Source: Atractiella rhizophila
Lineage: Eukaryota
NCBI GenBank assembly: GCA_021432655.1
Contig: MU271218.1
Span: 90,335-146,918, forward strand
DNA: 56,584 bases
Direction: 5' to 3'
Within the stretch, counting starts at the first letter, position 1. Every line of letters starts with the position of its first letter. Positions 11,557 through 25,020 of the stretch are shown in pieces. The translations under genes were made by a program, and so were the position numbers. A model generated the notes under the pieces. The model worked only from the letters and a program-made list of their open reading frames with translations, had not been told where the DNA came from and made no database searches.

Positions 11557-14500
11557 TCATCACTTGCTCATACCAGCGCTACCGACTCCATCAGCCGTCG
11601 AGTGTAGGAAGAGTACATGAGCAAAAGAGGACGATGGAGGATAGCTGAGGTAAAAAGGAATGTGCAGGAGAGCAAGCTGGAGGGCTGACGAAGGGGCTGA
11701 ATCAGGAGAGGGAGACCAGGACCAGCCAGAGTGAAGGAGGTCCTGGACATGAGAGGTCACGACATCGACAGCGGTGAAGCCTGTGAGAAAGCAGCGAACT
11801 GAAAGCGTGAATGGCGAGAACGACGGCGGAGATAAGATAGAAGGCGTGAAGAAGAGTCGGTGTACTGGAGGCTGCCGCGGCGGTCGAAGGAGATGACAGA
11901 AAAGGAGCTGCTCGCAGCGTCATCACACATCCTGGCGATCGTAGAACATCATTCAACTTCGTGACACTTTCACGCAACGATCTACCGGAACAAAGGCTGT
12001 CGCGATTTACGCCTCCCTCCCACCGTGTTCCCCCTTCCCCTGTACCGGTTGATATTCTTAGGCAGACTGGACTAAGAGATGGAGTTGGTAGGAATGAGAC
12101 TGAGAGGAAGCTGCTCAACGGCGTTAATTTGTGCGTTCTTCTTCGTTGCGAAGGGTTGGTTATACTGTGATATGTCGAGAATGCTGCTGAGAGCCTCTCA
12201 AAGTAGAATTGCTGCCGGAGGTTTTATGCACAGACTTGCAGAGCTGATCGATGCCCTCCAGCTGCAAACATACCTTCCATGTCTCCCATTGCTTGGGAGA
12301 GTAACTCCCATTTATCGTGGCAACACGTCGCTCTCTGTACTTCGTGTACGGTCTATACTGTGGTGCCTTCCAGCTCTCCGTGTCTTCTTTTCAAATGCAG
12401 GGAACGGTGGCTGAATGAGACTCCTGAGCAGGAGAGTTAACCCTAACTGGCCCCTTGTTACAACGTTAGAGGGTGGTGAAGATTTCCAGCAAGTTCATGA
12501 TCCCGTTGATGTGAAAGCATGAAATCATCACCATCAATGACCAATGTCAACCTTTTCCCCCAAATGCCGGGCAAAAACACCAATGAAAGATATTAGTGCG
12601 ACAGATGCTCCTAAGACTGCTCTTCTCAATTCCACATTCAACACCTTCATCGATATGGAGCGTTCGCAGATTTCGAGATGGGTGATTGCCTCTCGACACA
12701 TCTCGCTTTCATGACAGTTCAACGATGGGAAGGAGGATAAGTACGTTGGATTACGAACACGAAGCTGAAGCCGGAGGACACGGTGCGAATATGTGCCACA
12801 TGATGGAGCTACAGGAAGAGGGAGGGGAGAAGGTGGGCAACGGAGTATCAATCTCGATAGTGTCAGTGACGAGGAGCCAAAGTCTCCTTACTTGGACAGA
12901 CATCTTGAGTGAGTTTCTCTTTCGTTTGTCTCTGGTGAACACTGATGGAGACAAAGATGCATGATATTTGAGCTCTTCAGGCACTCCATATAAGTACGAG
13001 GGAGAAACACCGGCAACGCCCTGAAGAGTTCCCCATCACTGCTACGGCGTTGGTGCATTGATGGGTCAACCCACCGAGACCATTTGTATATCAGATCAAG
13101 TGAGAACTTCCATTCTGTCCCAGCCTCCGCTAAAAGACGACGGGTGGTGTGATCTCAGCAAGAAGCATACTTCTGCCCCTTCAGCACTTGCAACAACGGA
13201 CATTCTCTACGGCCGTTTCTCCCCTCTGGCTCCAAAACCCCTCTGTCTTTTCTCCAGCTGCAACTCCAGTGAATGTCGACTTCTCTAGCCAATGCTTCTA
13301 CCTCACCAGCACCATCTCCTGTGCCAGCATCTGCGCCAGCTGGCCCCGGCCTCACTGCTCCAGTGATGTTGAATGATGTGGCTGGTTCTACCTCTTCACC
13401 CCTCGGTGTTACCATATAGGAGAGAAGGAATGCGGCAGAGTGAAGAAACACCTACGCCTACACTTATTCCTTGTCTGCAGCCGCTTTTTATCCCTCCATC
13501 GCCCTTACCAGAGCCCAAATCAGCAAGGCAGCTACAGACACCTCCTGTCGATTTCTTATTTGCTCAGCCCAACAGTAGGCGGTTGAAAGTAGGATCTCTA
13601 TTCCTCATCTTCGGCGAAAGAATGAAGTTGGGTTTGGTTTCAGATGTCAAGAAGGAGGATGGACCAGCGCCGAAGAGTAAGGAGGAAGCGAAGGATATGA
13701 CTCTTAAAAAGGATGGGAATGTGGAGGAAGATGCGGTCAGTTTGTACCGAAAAATCTGGACGGCGTCTCTTCCTCCTCCTTCTAGCTTCTGGCCCCGCTG
13801 TTCTCGACTGCCGATTGTCGAGAGGTAATTTATTCAACATTTGCATTAACGCCTAAGTGGGGATGGGCAGTGATTTCGACCAAGAGCTCATTGCCGCCAT
13901 CCTCAAGGGAGAAGTGACTTTCTATGGTGCCTCCTGGTCCATCCTCCCTCGTACTTCTTGTGCATAATCAGTTAGCGAGCAAGCATCGCTAGGGACCATG
14001 TAGACTGGAAGCCACCGCCCACTACTCATTGCTACGAGCTCAAAGATGCAATGCGCGAATTAAGACCGCTCAGGTTCGTCTCTCCCTGCTCCCGCGATTG
14101 TTCTCAAGTCGACACTTGGTCATGTATATGGGCAGAGAGTTGAGATGATTTCAAGGAGACTGCACCGCCCTCGAGCGCGGAGAGTCACGTAGGACGTGCT
14201 ACGACTCCAATGCGGGAAGGTGCTAGCTCTGTCCCTTCGTTGAGTTCCTCGCTACCTTTCCTTCCGTGAGCTTTCCCTCTTCCTTCTCTCCTCTTCCTGG
14301 TACGCAGCTTCGTGCTGACTAGATTGGTTGGGGGGGGGTGGATGCTGCGAGGCTTCTACTGACTACGGCGAGACCTGCACATTATTTTCCTTACATGTCC
14401 GCTCTCCAAACGCTGACTTATTGTGTCCGTGATGACAGAGCCTACAGATTTCGCGATGTACGTTTCAAGCCCTCTACTCCCGTCGAATATGTCGTATAAC

Positions 14501-17500
14501 AGACTACTGGTGTGGTAACAGACATCTCATTAGAAGATAGAGCGGATCGAACAATACCCTGTGCTCATTCAAAAGCATAGCACATATTGTGGAACGAAAG
14601 TGGGGCTGAAGGTTGAATTTTACCTTCTTCGGGTTGTGCTCCTCCATTTCTGCTGTCCCCTTCGAATAAAAGTTAATAACTGAACAGCCGGTCTAAGGGT
14701 GCTCCTCGCATCGGCAGATGTGAGGCCGTTAGGTACTAGAAGGATAATCGTGGTCGACATTCCAGAGCGGCAGGCTCGCTTCGCAAACAGGTATGTGGGA
14801 TCGGGGACTTTCATGCCTGCCAAATGTGCGTCCAACTCTAACGTCTCTGATGCACGACATGTCTCCCGTTTCTGTCCTTTTTGCGTTTGTGGTTTAGTGG
14901 ATGAGGGAGAGCAGAGGATAGCGCATTCGAGGAGGCTCGTGGCTCGCGGAGGAGTCCAAGGTTGCAGACAGGGGATTGCAGGGTTACGACCTCCCGGTCG
15001 ATTGCACGGGGGCGAGGTGTGTTTGCCCTTGCTTTCCCTTTTCATCCTACACTTTGCAGATCGGTGTACTGATAGTGATGGACGGACGAGAACAGGCGTG
15101 CATGCAGACTGTCTCCCTCGCCAAGGACGGCGGAACATACGTCCAAGTCGACATGGCATTGAGTTCGTCCAGGTGGTGCCCGTCACTTGCCATCCTATGA
15201 AGGAGGTGACCGTCAACAGTCCGACCTACTGTCGCACTATAACTTCGTTCTGACGCTTCGTAGTTAATGAATTGCTCAATGAATACGGACCAGGGTGTTA
15301 TGAGCAAGCAATTATTCCCTAGGGGCCTGGCCTCGTAGACTGATGAGTCGCCATCACACATTGCTTTAAGTTCAAAATGCAATCTGCGCTCTTAGGGCCG
15401 CTCAGGTTCGTCTCTCCCTTTTGCTGTGATGTTCTGACGTTGACACCGGGTGATGTACGTTTCCAGGAAGCGAAGGTAGAGGATGAAGAGAACACAATCA
15501 CGACAATGACCGAACCTCGAAGAATGCTTAAATGGAACTCTTTGGACAAAGATTAAGGAATGAAGGGACAAAAAGATGGGAACTTGGTCCTTCAACCAGG
15601 GGCTGAAGGAATTCCATCGTTGGCCTTGTACCACGTCTTCGACCTCCGACGGCAGGTGCGCAGGTGCCAATTGGTCCATCATCGGAACGCAACAGTCATC
15701 GTCAATCGTGAGAACAGCTTAAGCAAGAGACCACCTCGGGACACTTTCTGGGCGGAATTTGATGTCTTAAACCCTTTTACAGCTAGCCAGTGAATTGTTC
15801 GCATGAGAGTAGACACCCGTAATACACACAGACAGCATTCTCCTCACAAACCGAATCTCCTCATACCTCTTCAAGGAACTAAATAAGCCTCCCCCCTCCC
15901 CCCCCATCCATCATTGTCTATATCCCTCTTCGATAAACTTTGGGAAATCGAATCACTTCGACATAGGAAACTTTAACGACATTGGACTCTAACAGTGCAT
16001 GCAGAAGGATTTGGTGCGAACGGGGTTGAAGATTCCTTGCAATTGTCGAGCGTGAGGTGTTGGGCATGAAGGAGGAGAGATTTGTGAGATGTGATACAAT
16101 GAATAGAGCTAGGGGATGGATGATTGACGGGTCCTATATGAACCCGCATCATTTCAATTCTGCGTTAGATGGAGACATGGATATGAACTGTGCACCTTCT
16201 TCTCTTTCTTCTCTAGAACACAGATGAAATCTGTACATCCAGCATCACTCCTCCCCTCCCTCCCGAACCCATGTACTTTTATCCCACTCGCTCACACCAA
16301 ACTCTCTCAACGTGCTCCTAGCTTTGAATATCTCTTCCTCAAGCCACCCTCCAAAGAATAGCTGAACACTCAACTTGCGTCCTCTCGTCGTCTTCACCTT
16401 TTCAGCACCATCCACCACATCCCTCTCCTCCTTCACCCCCCTGTCCCCAAAGAACCAGCAGATGAAATCTGAAAATACGAACGGAGTGAATCCCCAGTCC
16501 ACCACACAGTACTGAACATCTACCCAATTTATCGCTTTTGCATTTGTGAGTGTGTGGAAGAACTGGGGGGAAACGAGGTTTGAAGTTTCCTCACCACCGT
16601 CGAGGTAGAGGTCAGTGAGATGTTTGAGGTGTGACAAGTGGGTAGGATGGAGGTCTTTCCATCGGGTGAGTAGGGGGCGAGGGTGATCTCGAGATGTTCA
16701 AGTAGAGGCGGCAGACAGGAGCCAGAGACAGATGGAGGGAGGGGACACAGGTTGGAGAGATACAAATGCGTGAGGGAGAGTGGGAGAGAGAGCGATGGGA
16801 GAGGTGGGTATGTATGAAGCTCTAGTTCTTTGAGGTCAGATGATAATTGAAGGCCTGGTGATGTCGATGAGGCAGAGTCCTCCTCCACGTCATAAGCACT
16901 GAAGGTTCTGATCCTGTCACCCATCCTCCACATAAAATTCTCGACCTCATCCTTCTTGCACTTTCTCAAACCATACTCTCCAAAGGTTACGTTATTCAAC
17001 TTCCTCAAGCCTTCAATCGCATGCAACACAATCTTCGCTTCCTCTTCATTCCACAATGCATCCATGTACACGTTCCTAACGTTCGGTGCGTCGGCGATGA
17101 CGTCTTTCGCCATCTCAACGCTGATGTCATAGTAAAGCAGTTTCAAAAACCGGAGGGATGTCCACAACCGTCCTCTGGCATGAGGATATTGTTTCAAGCG
17201 GGCAAGCCTCTCCTCTATAGAAAGATCAAAATCATTCAAAAATGGGACTGAAACAGCCTTCCAAAGCTGACAGACGGCGGAAAGTCGCTCGAAGGAAACA
17301 AGACATTCAGCTTCAATGAGCAGTTTATTTTCATCAAGTGAAAGGAACTTGAAGATGAGTGAGAGGATCTCAGGAGGAAGGTGCATGATGCTGCATGGAC
17401 TAATACCTGTAGGTCGAGTTGTGGAGAGGGAGAGTTGGATGCTTGGCCCCAGACCGGTGGATGGGATGGTTGATTCCTCTCATTCGCTGAGAGGAATGAA

Positions 17501-20263
17501 ACGCTCTTGCCCCTTGGAGTATGAGTATAGGGCGACGGGGTCGAAGATGGCCTCAGAGCGATTATCTGGAAGGTGAAACGTGCATGTGAAGGGCTTCCGA
17601 GACAGGCGCTCCAATTCCAAGGATGCATGATGTTTGGTATCCCCAAAAGTCACCACAATACTTTCCTCCTCCAACGCAACGCAAAGAATCACTGTACTGT
17701 CGGGTTCGACTTCATTTTCGAGACCTGCCAGAGAGAAGTAGGATGATTTCGACGGCCCATAAGATTTGCTCCAGAATACCAGACGCAAGACAAATGTGAT
17801 CCGGAGCATGTGAATTGATGGAGGTAGGCGAGAAAGGAAAGAGGAGAGAATGGAGAGGTGGATCGGAGTGCCATGTTCTACCGTTACTGGGGTAATGAGA
17901 TGGACCAGTGCGATGGCTCTGTCCCCTGATCATCCTTGCATGAAATCGATGTTTTTCTTCTTTTCACTCTGGGAGATAACACGCTGGACTAGAGCCCACG
18001 AACGCACATTAAACGAGACAACAAGGTGAGAGATCGGGTCATGCCTGCAGCGCATCAGTGCATTGTCCAACTTGAACCATCTCGACGTTTTCCGCGCAAA
18101 GATCAGACATCACGATCGTGAGATCGCAAAACTGTTCGTGGGAGCCGGTGGATTAGGCGAGTTTACAATTAAGACTGGTGTTGGGTGGTGGAAGAAGTCT
18201 GCGTCCGGACGTTGAAGGCTTTAGTTCTCTAGCACTTGACTACCACATAGTGCCACAGGAAATCCTAAAATATGTAAAAGAACTAAAATCCTTTTACAAT
18301 ACTAGTACCTAAATTACACTGCAATTCAAACGAGAGCTAAAGCAGTACACTTTGATAATGCTGCTTCGTTCCCTAATGATCTGATTATAAGAGGAAAGGC
18401 TAGATAGGCCTGGGAGAGATAGGGCAGTTAGCAACATGATGGCAGGAGGAGCGGAGGTCACTTGCGTCTCAGCTAGAATATAGGTGATGTTCGAGTCAGT
18501 AGCGGGAGACAAGAGGGGCGGAAGGCAGATGCTTATGAGCATGAGAAAGGGGCCGACCTAGACATCCTCTTGTAGCCCTGGTCCACCATTGTCCCCATGG
18601 CCGCCCTTTCTCCAATAGCCATTTCATTGTTGACCTCGATGTCACGAAGCAAGCGTCGGTTGAAGTTGATCCATGGAGTCCAAGCCGTAGTCCGACAGAA
18701 AGTGGACGATGAGGTGGGAGAGAAAATATGAGGGAGGGCGGCATGGAACACGGGAGAGGCATAGGACGGTGGGGGATGTCAGGTGGCGCGAAACATACCA
18801 TGTTGATAATCGATCCCTTGTCACATCTGCCCTCTCCGCTATCCGACGTCCACGTTTGACCCATGCTCATGGACTTGGTGCAGGTGGAGTGCGAGAGGAG
18901 GTGGAGTGAGACTAGCAGAAAACGGAGAGATCGGCCTAGTGCACATGTCAATTAGGACACTTGCGGCAAGGAAAGAGAGGGAGAAAGGGAATACACTGCC
19001 AGCAGAAAGGAAAGTCCTAACCAGGCTAGAGTGCGAAAAAAGGCAGAGGGGTTGGCGGAATGCGAAATGAAGGGCCAACCTTGGCGCAGCGGGTAAGTGC
19101 AGCAAAAAGAGGAGGCAGAGGTCGAAAAGGAGTAGAAGAGACGCCGGAACGGTCCTTCTCACGTCCTTTTGCGATCACCGACCGTATTCATCCCCTCTCT
19201 CCACCATTTTCACCATTTGAAGTGGCTTTCATGCTTTGGGTTGATTTTAGAAGACCATTTTGCGAGAGAAGGTGGAAGGTGATCGGTGCAGCAGGAATAG
19301 GCAATAGTAGACGGCAAGAGAATAGGCGAGGCGGCGAAAGACGGCAGCACGATTGGGATGGGTGAATCGGTTGGCAGTGACTTCTTTCCAACCTCCTTTC
19401 CGACCCCATCTGAGCCACCGTCCACCTCCTTCGTCATCACGCGTCCCTACTACACTTCGCGGTTGACTTGCAATATCTACTGTGAAGCAAGTTGCTTACA
19501 GTCGAAGGAGGGCTGAAGTGCGCTTGGGGATGTTAGAGAGCGAGGTGCAACGAGAGGGCGACTGGGGGTGAGAGAAAGCATATCATGCCTCTCCCATGCC
19601 CAGGCTTAATCCACGACCCGCTGTGTGAGCTCCATCCTCTGCTTTGGCGATCCGACCTCCAACTTGACCTCGGCGTTCATTTCGGAGGACAGAAAGGTTG
19701 CTGGAGGAGCGGAGGATGTTGGATGTTGGGGGGGGGCAGGGGTGTGGGGAGAGAGGGATGCTGGAGAGAGCGAGGTGAGAGTTGTGGTGAGGATTATGGG
19801 AAGCGGGATAGGTTGGATGGAGGTATTGTGACCGGTGCAGGATGCGCTTACTGCTTCCGTTTAACTGCCGTCTCGCTTCATAGACCCGGGCTAAAGGTAA
19901 GGCAGGAGGCTGGGACTCGGAGGGTCTGGAAGTGCTGAGGCGGGACGGGATTGCAGACGGGAGATGGGCGACGGTGGACAGAGTGACAGTGGGAGAAACC
20001 TAATACCCATGTCAGTAAACGCAATTGCAAAAGAGGGAGAGGGAACGACGGTCACCTCTTCTCTCCGACCACTCTGCCCCTTCCATCTCTGTCACACCAC
20101 GCCTTCTATTATGCACTACTCTGTTCGCAGTGTATCTTATTCCCTCCTTTCTTTGCGCTGATTGTACTTGTCTGTTTATTACTTGCGCATACCCCTACTA
20201 CCGTCATCCCTCTCTGCGCCTCCCCACCTGTCGCGCCTGCTCTGTCCAAGTATTTCGGTTCGG
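11557..20263. repeat. Tandem segmental duplication unit, copy 2
   Basis: Collinear with 2387-11556, offset 9124 bp at the left end. It lacks the equivalent of ~4680-5110 and carries extra sequence at ~14880-15070. Confidence 0.92.
16245..17980 (-). pseudogene. F-box/LRR pseudogene, paralog of 7383-9116
   Basis: Three ORF pieces (17480-17809, 16529-17386, 16245-16637) align to the intact copy. Lesions: TGG to TGA nonsense at 17480 (LSEW to LSE*), a 10-nt deletion (GGTCGAGCGG) at ~16636 that shifts frame, and small indels near the 5' end. Confidence 0.9.
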
Positions 20264-20577
20264 ACCGACTCCATCACCCGTAGCCTAGGAAGGGTCCATC
20301 AGCAAAAGAGGACGGTGGGGGATAGCTGCGGTGAAAGGGTATGTAAAGGAGAGAGGAGCCGGAGGGGATGACGAAGGAGGCTGGGACAAGAGAGGGACAC
20401 CAGAACCAGCAACAGTGAAGGAGACCAGCGAGACGCAAGAGAGGTGACGCATGGGGCTGATGAAAGAAACGGATAGCTCAGAGCGAGAAAGTGGGAAGGG
20501 CGGCGGAGATGGAGAGACCGATGGAGGACGTTCGGAGATGGTGTGCTAGTGACTGCTTGCAGAGGCGGAGGAGATGA
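20264..20577. repeat. Truncated start of a third tandem unit
   Basis: ACCGACTCCATCA...AGCAAAAGAGGACG...GGATAGCTG...CAGTGAAGGAGACCAG matches ~2457-2800 and ~11581-11895; similarity is lost after ~20577. Confidence 0.8.
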
Positions 20578-20579
20578 AA

Positions 20580-23500
20580 GGTCTGCAGTGGTGGTCAGTT
20601 TCAGATGACTCGCCGAAAACTCATCTTTCACTTTCCCAAGGCGCCCTGTGACCTTGGTATCGTGTGGGGGGGTGGTACTAGACAAGTGCACACAGGTCAA
20701 ATTCGTGACGCGACGCGTTCCCGATGCGCAAGATCTCACCAGAGGCCAGTCTGTCTTCCTCTTCTTCCTGTGTCCAACTTGCACCTACATCACAAAAACG
20801 TAGTCTGTCTGATCAGGCGCTGTTGAGAAATCGCGCTGACCAGAGCTGAGCATGCATCGCGCTAAACTGCGTTACGGCTGAGCAGTGCCTGGTCATTGGG
20901 GTGAATGCCCTGAGGATCTGAACAACTGCCACGTCCCTTGATCCACCATCGATCAGCTTGTCGAGGTGTTGATATCTCGTATGACCTACCAATGTATGAT
21001 GTCGCATCCTGAAAAAGCCGCTCACGATAAGTGGTCGACGGTGGATATTTCAGAAGCTATTAAGAACCCTCGTTGAGAGCCTGAGGTCTGTATACATCTC
21101 AGTTCTAATGCTGACGAGTCCTTAGTAGCGTCGACCTGTATCTTTCATTTCGTTCTGTTGCTGACTCGGACAGCTCCTCAGAGATTGTCTAGCTCGTAAT
21201 CTACTCGATCCATTAACCTTTCTTCGCTCTCCTCACCGGCAGCAATCCATCAAAGCGAATGTGAGAAATGGTATTACTATGACTCTTTGTGAACAATATC
21301 ATTTAGTTACACTGGCAGCTTGTTGAACAGTAGTTACAGCTAATCAAGTCCCCTCAAACGAAGTAAAAGGTCAGGCTCTGCCAGATCATTAAGGTGTACG
21401 TGAGAATGCTCCATTCCATCTGGCTGAAAATAACAACTTCGCACGATAGCCGTAACCTCAATGACTTCGAGTCGGTATTGCCGCTTAAAATATGGCATTC
21501 CAGTGAGATCATGGCGCCGTTTCCACTCATATGGCTGAAAAAAAGCCAGTTGAAGGGATTTCCCTTCAAATTGCACCTTGAATAACCGAATCACTTTGCC
21601 AAAAGCAAAGGTCCCATCGTTATTCTGCACGATAACATCGTCGCGCCGCTCCCCTTGGCCTCTCCATTGATCGGAAGAGCGAATGAGATCCACCTAAGTC
21701 CTCCAATCAACGAATGAGGTGAAGGTCGTGCGTAGCAATGTAAATTCATGAATCTAGAAAATTTAACATGTGTGACAACTGGTGGCTCACATTATCCATG
21801 TCCAATACAGGCAGATCAATCGATTTCACCTTCCTTTGGTTATTTCTAGCATTCGGATTCTTTTTGTAAAAGAGAAACAGGTGCAACAGCTCCTGGAGCT
21901 CTTTCCCAGACTGTTTGGCCGGTGAACTCGCTGCCAGACGGGAGAAGAAAGCAGTTGTGGACGAGTGTGACTGGGAGGAGCCGCCTAGACGTGGGTGGAG
22001 ATTGTTGAAACTGCAAGCATCTTTGCTTTTGTGTGGCGGGTCATCCCCTTCCGAGTCATTATTCTGCCGCTGTTGAGTCTGAATCTGGTTCACGATTTCT
22101 TCGAGTTGGATATGTTCGAAGTTACGTTGTGCCATCTGTTGAGCAATTACACCACATGTAATTACGTTCAAGACAAAAACGGCTCACTGACGCCTCCGTA
22201 AGCCCTTCCTCCTGACTCTGATTTGCGCGCTCGAAGATTTTCTATTGCTTTTTATGATTGTATTCTACGTGGTCCGTACTCCGCTGATGGGTTGAGCCTG
22301 CTTCCTCAATTAAATGAGGATATTCGCCCAACATATGCAGTCTGGGAAAGGCATTAGACATGTCTAAATGTTTATGAAGTTGCTGGAGATGCCCAATCAA
22401 TGATAGAGAATGGTGTGGATTGAACTAACAATATTGGCTCGCTCGACTTTCGGCAGCATTTCACGAGCTAGCTGAAGGCGGTCTTGATCCTGTACTGGGA
22501 ATCTGGTCTGCATCATGTATTCAATAAGTGTCCGGATGGCTGGGAGGACTTCGTCAGGCCTGGAAATAGATTTAAGGTGGACAAGCGCTGGGAGCATTTG
22601 CTGTCAATGGGACATCAGCAGGCACTAGTGTGGAGACATAACACCAACTCGGAATATATCATCAAACTGCATGGATGAATAGCCAACACGTGCTGTAATG
22701 CCTCTTGCCGTGACATGACGAAGAGAGGAATATGGAGGTAGTCCCGACTAAACTGTGATTGATTCCCTTTAATGCAGTGACAGGAGAAGAGAGTGACGTA
22801 CTATTCATCAATTTGTTCCTTATCCTCTCCAGACAATTTGTCGAAAAGAGCCTTTAAAATGTGATCCTTGATAATCCCTCCATTTATGTACAAAGTATCG
22901 GCACCAATAGCTTCAAAGACATCAGATTGCAGTTTGAAGAATGGACTCTAAAACTGCCATGAGTCAAGATAATTGTAGAGGGAATGCTGACGCTTTCAAA
23001 TCTCATGGAGCGCTTCAATCTAAGTTCTTCAACCGCTTTTGTCTTGGCCCTTGAGTCTGCCATATGCTGCGCTCTAGCCAATTGTTCACGAGCATCTACA
23101 GCTGTACGACGGGGATATGTACGAGTGACGAGTGCGGCCTCATCACGGGGTACCAGGCACATAGGACAGGTAAAGCCTGATGCTGGTCCTAACAAACACA
23201 AAACATCATATCTAAACAAATGGCAGTATGTCAACGATTCTTCCAAATTAAAATATGGCTAGGGTGCTTACAATTCATCCAGGTCTCCTTCCATCAAACC
23301 CAACCTAATGACACCTCTTCGTTTGGCTCCATCATCGCACGAAACAACAATGCCTGCTTCCCCGATCCGTATAATGGTTTCTAAAACCACAGCATAAGCC
23401 CTGAGGTAGACTTGACGCTTATATTTCCTAAAACTATCCGTTCCTCGTTCTTCTTCCGTGCCTGATACCTGCAGCTGTATAATCAGTGTGTTTGATTCGG

Positions 23501-25020
23501 AAGGTGACAGACTTACTATCGGTTGAAAGCCCATCAAATGACAGCCTGTCTTCCCTGGTAGACTTCGCTCTTTGAGCGGAAAATTTCCAAGCCACATGTA
23601 AATTGGATGGCATTTCCGATTGCCAACTTTGATGACCAGGGTGGAGTCAGAATAGAGAATGAGGAAAATGATAAATGTGCTTGGATCGGCAACATCGTTC
23701 TATTGTCACTGGTCGACGTGTTTTAGTTTGATAAGTAGAAGACATACTTGAAGCCTCTACCACCTGTTGCCAGTAAATATTTCATCGTAAACTCGCACCC
23801 ATTCCAAACTCTCTTCGCTCCATCGATATTTCTTGACTGGATACCAGATAAACTTGGAACAAGCGTCGTGATCTGCAAGAACCTCTCGCACAACTTCAAC
23901 AATATTGCGGCCAAAAATTCGATGGACTCGTGTTTCATTTCCATACCGAACTTCAAATTGCTGCTCAATGAACTATATCCATACATGTCAGCAGAACTCA
24001 ATTATAATGGAATACAAACCGGAGTAGAAACAAGGCCAGTTGATAAAGACAAGGTGCTTTGAATATCCTTGAAAGAGCGCAAAGAGACATCCTGAGCCTT
24101 ATGCTTACGCATCATTCCAATCCATCTATCCCCAAGCTTCTGGGAGATATTACTGTCGTAAACAAGTTTGGCTAAGTCAAAATCTGCTTCGGATTGAAAC
24201 GGAAAGTAGGGAGGGTGTGATTGCGAAATGTTTCTCTGTAATGTCGGAGCACAAGTTGCAAACTCAGCATCTTCGTGGACGATTTCGTAAAATCCAGAAG
24301 CTGTGGGACCAGTAGGAAGCTTGCTCGGCTCGGGGTTCAGACATAACAGTGGACTTGGAGGAGAACTATGTGCCGTCGCTGGGTCAACGCAGAATGCCAG
24401 TGAGGATTCCGCAATGGAATCATCTGCTCCTGCTCCACATCCTGTAATAACTTGATGAGCAATGAATGTTGTGGTGTAAGAGTAGTAGTATCAAAGAGAG
24501 AGGACTGACGGGAAGAATCTGAGAAACTATGATTGGTTAAAGCCAATGCTCCTTGCCGCCTTTTTGCTAATATTCAACCTTGAGCACCACGCTCCACAGA
24601 AACATAAACTGCGGACCTTGAGGCGTGAAAATGATATCCTCATCCTCATATTCTTCCTTGAGTTCTTGTTCCCTCAACGAACCAAGAGATACATATGGGG
24701 TAACCTCAAATGAACGAGCTTGCCATGGCCTCTTCCGCTTTCTATTATTCTTGTCCTCCCTTTCATGCTTCTTCATATGCTTCATATATCCACCTCTGCG
24801 GATGTTAAACTCCTTTCCACAGTCAGGGAAAGGACAAAGAGCTCTGCTCATGTTGTACAAGTGGTTGTTATCACGGTCTGTTCAACTTCTACCACTGTGA
24901 CAGCTATGATGTCATAGCGGACGTGTCGCAAAACAACAACTTGAGACCACCATGAGCAGCATATCTGAATCTGAAGAAACCCATAGGAATTTGCAAGTGG
25001 ATAAAATTAAAAGAGTGGTG
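20580..25020 (-). mobile_element. Plavaka-family DNA transposon (CACTA/CMC-related), decayed; left end not identified
   Basis: Contains the transposase below. The right boundary is a sharp junction at 25020/25021 that cuts a DUF6534 exon; on the minus strand the element side begins CACCACTC. No matching terminus was found on the left. Confidence 0.75.
21340..24851 (-). pseudogene. Plavaka transposase, multi-exon, with N-terminal C2H2 zinc finger; inactivated by nonsense changes
   Basis: Translated exons give CPFPDCGKEF...YMKHMKKH; YFPFQSEADFDLAK; VYDEIFTGNRW*RLQ; LILYSDST...HPIYMWLGN; CDDGAKRR...GDLDE; CPMCLVP; ADTLYINGGIIKDH; PPYSSLRH; FPRLHMLGEYPHLIEEAGS; SFVDWRT*VDLIRSSDQWRGQGERRDDVIV. 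This matches the motif order I recall for Plavaka transposases. In-frame TAG at 23757, 22242 and 21694. Confidence 0.88.
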
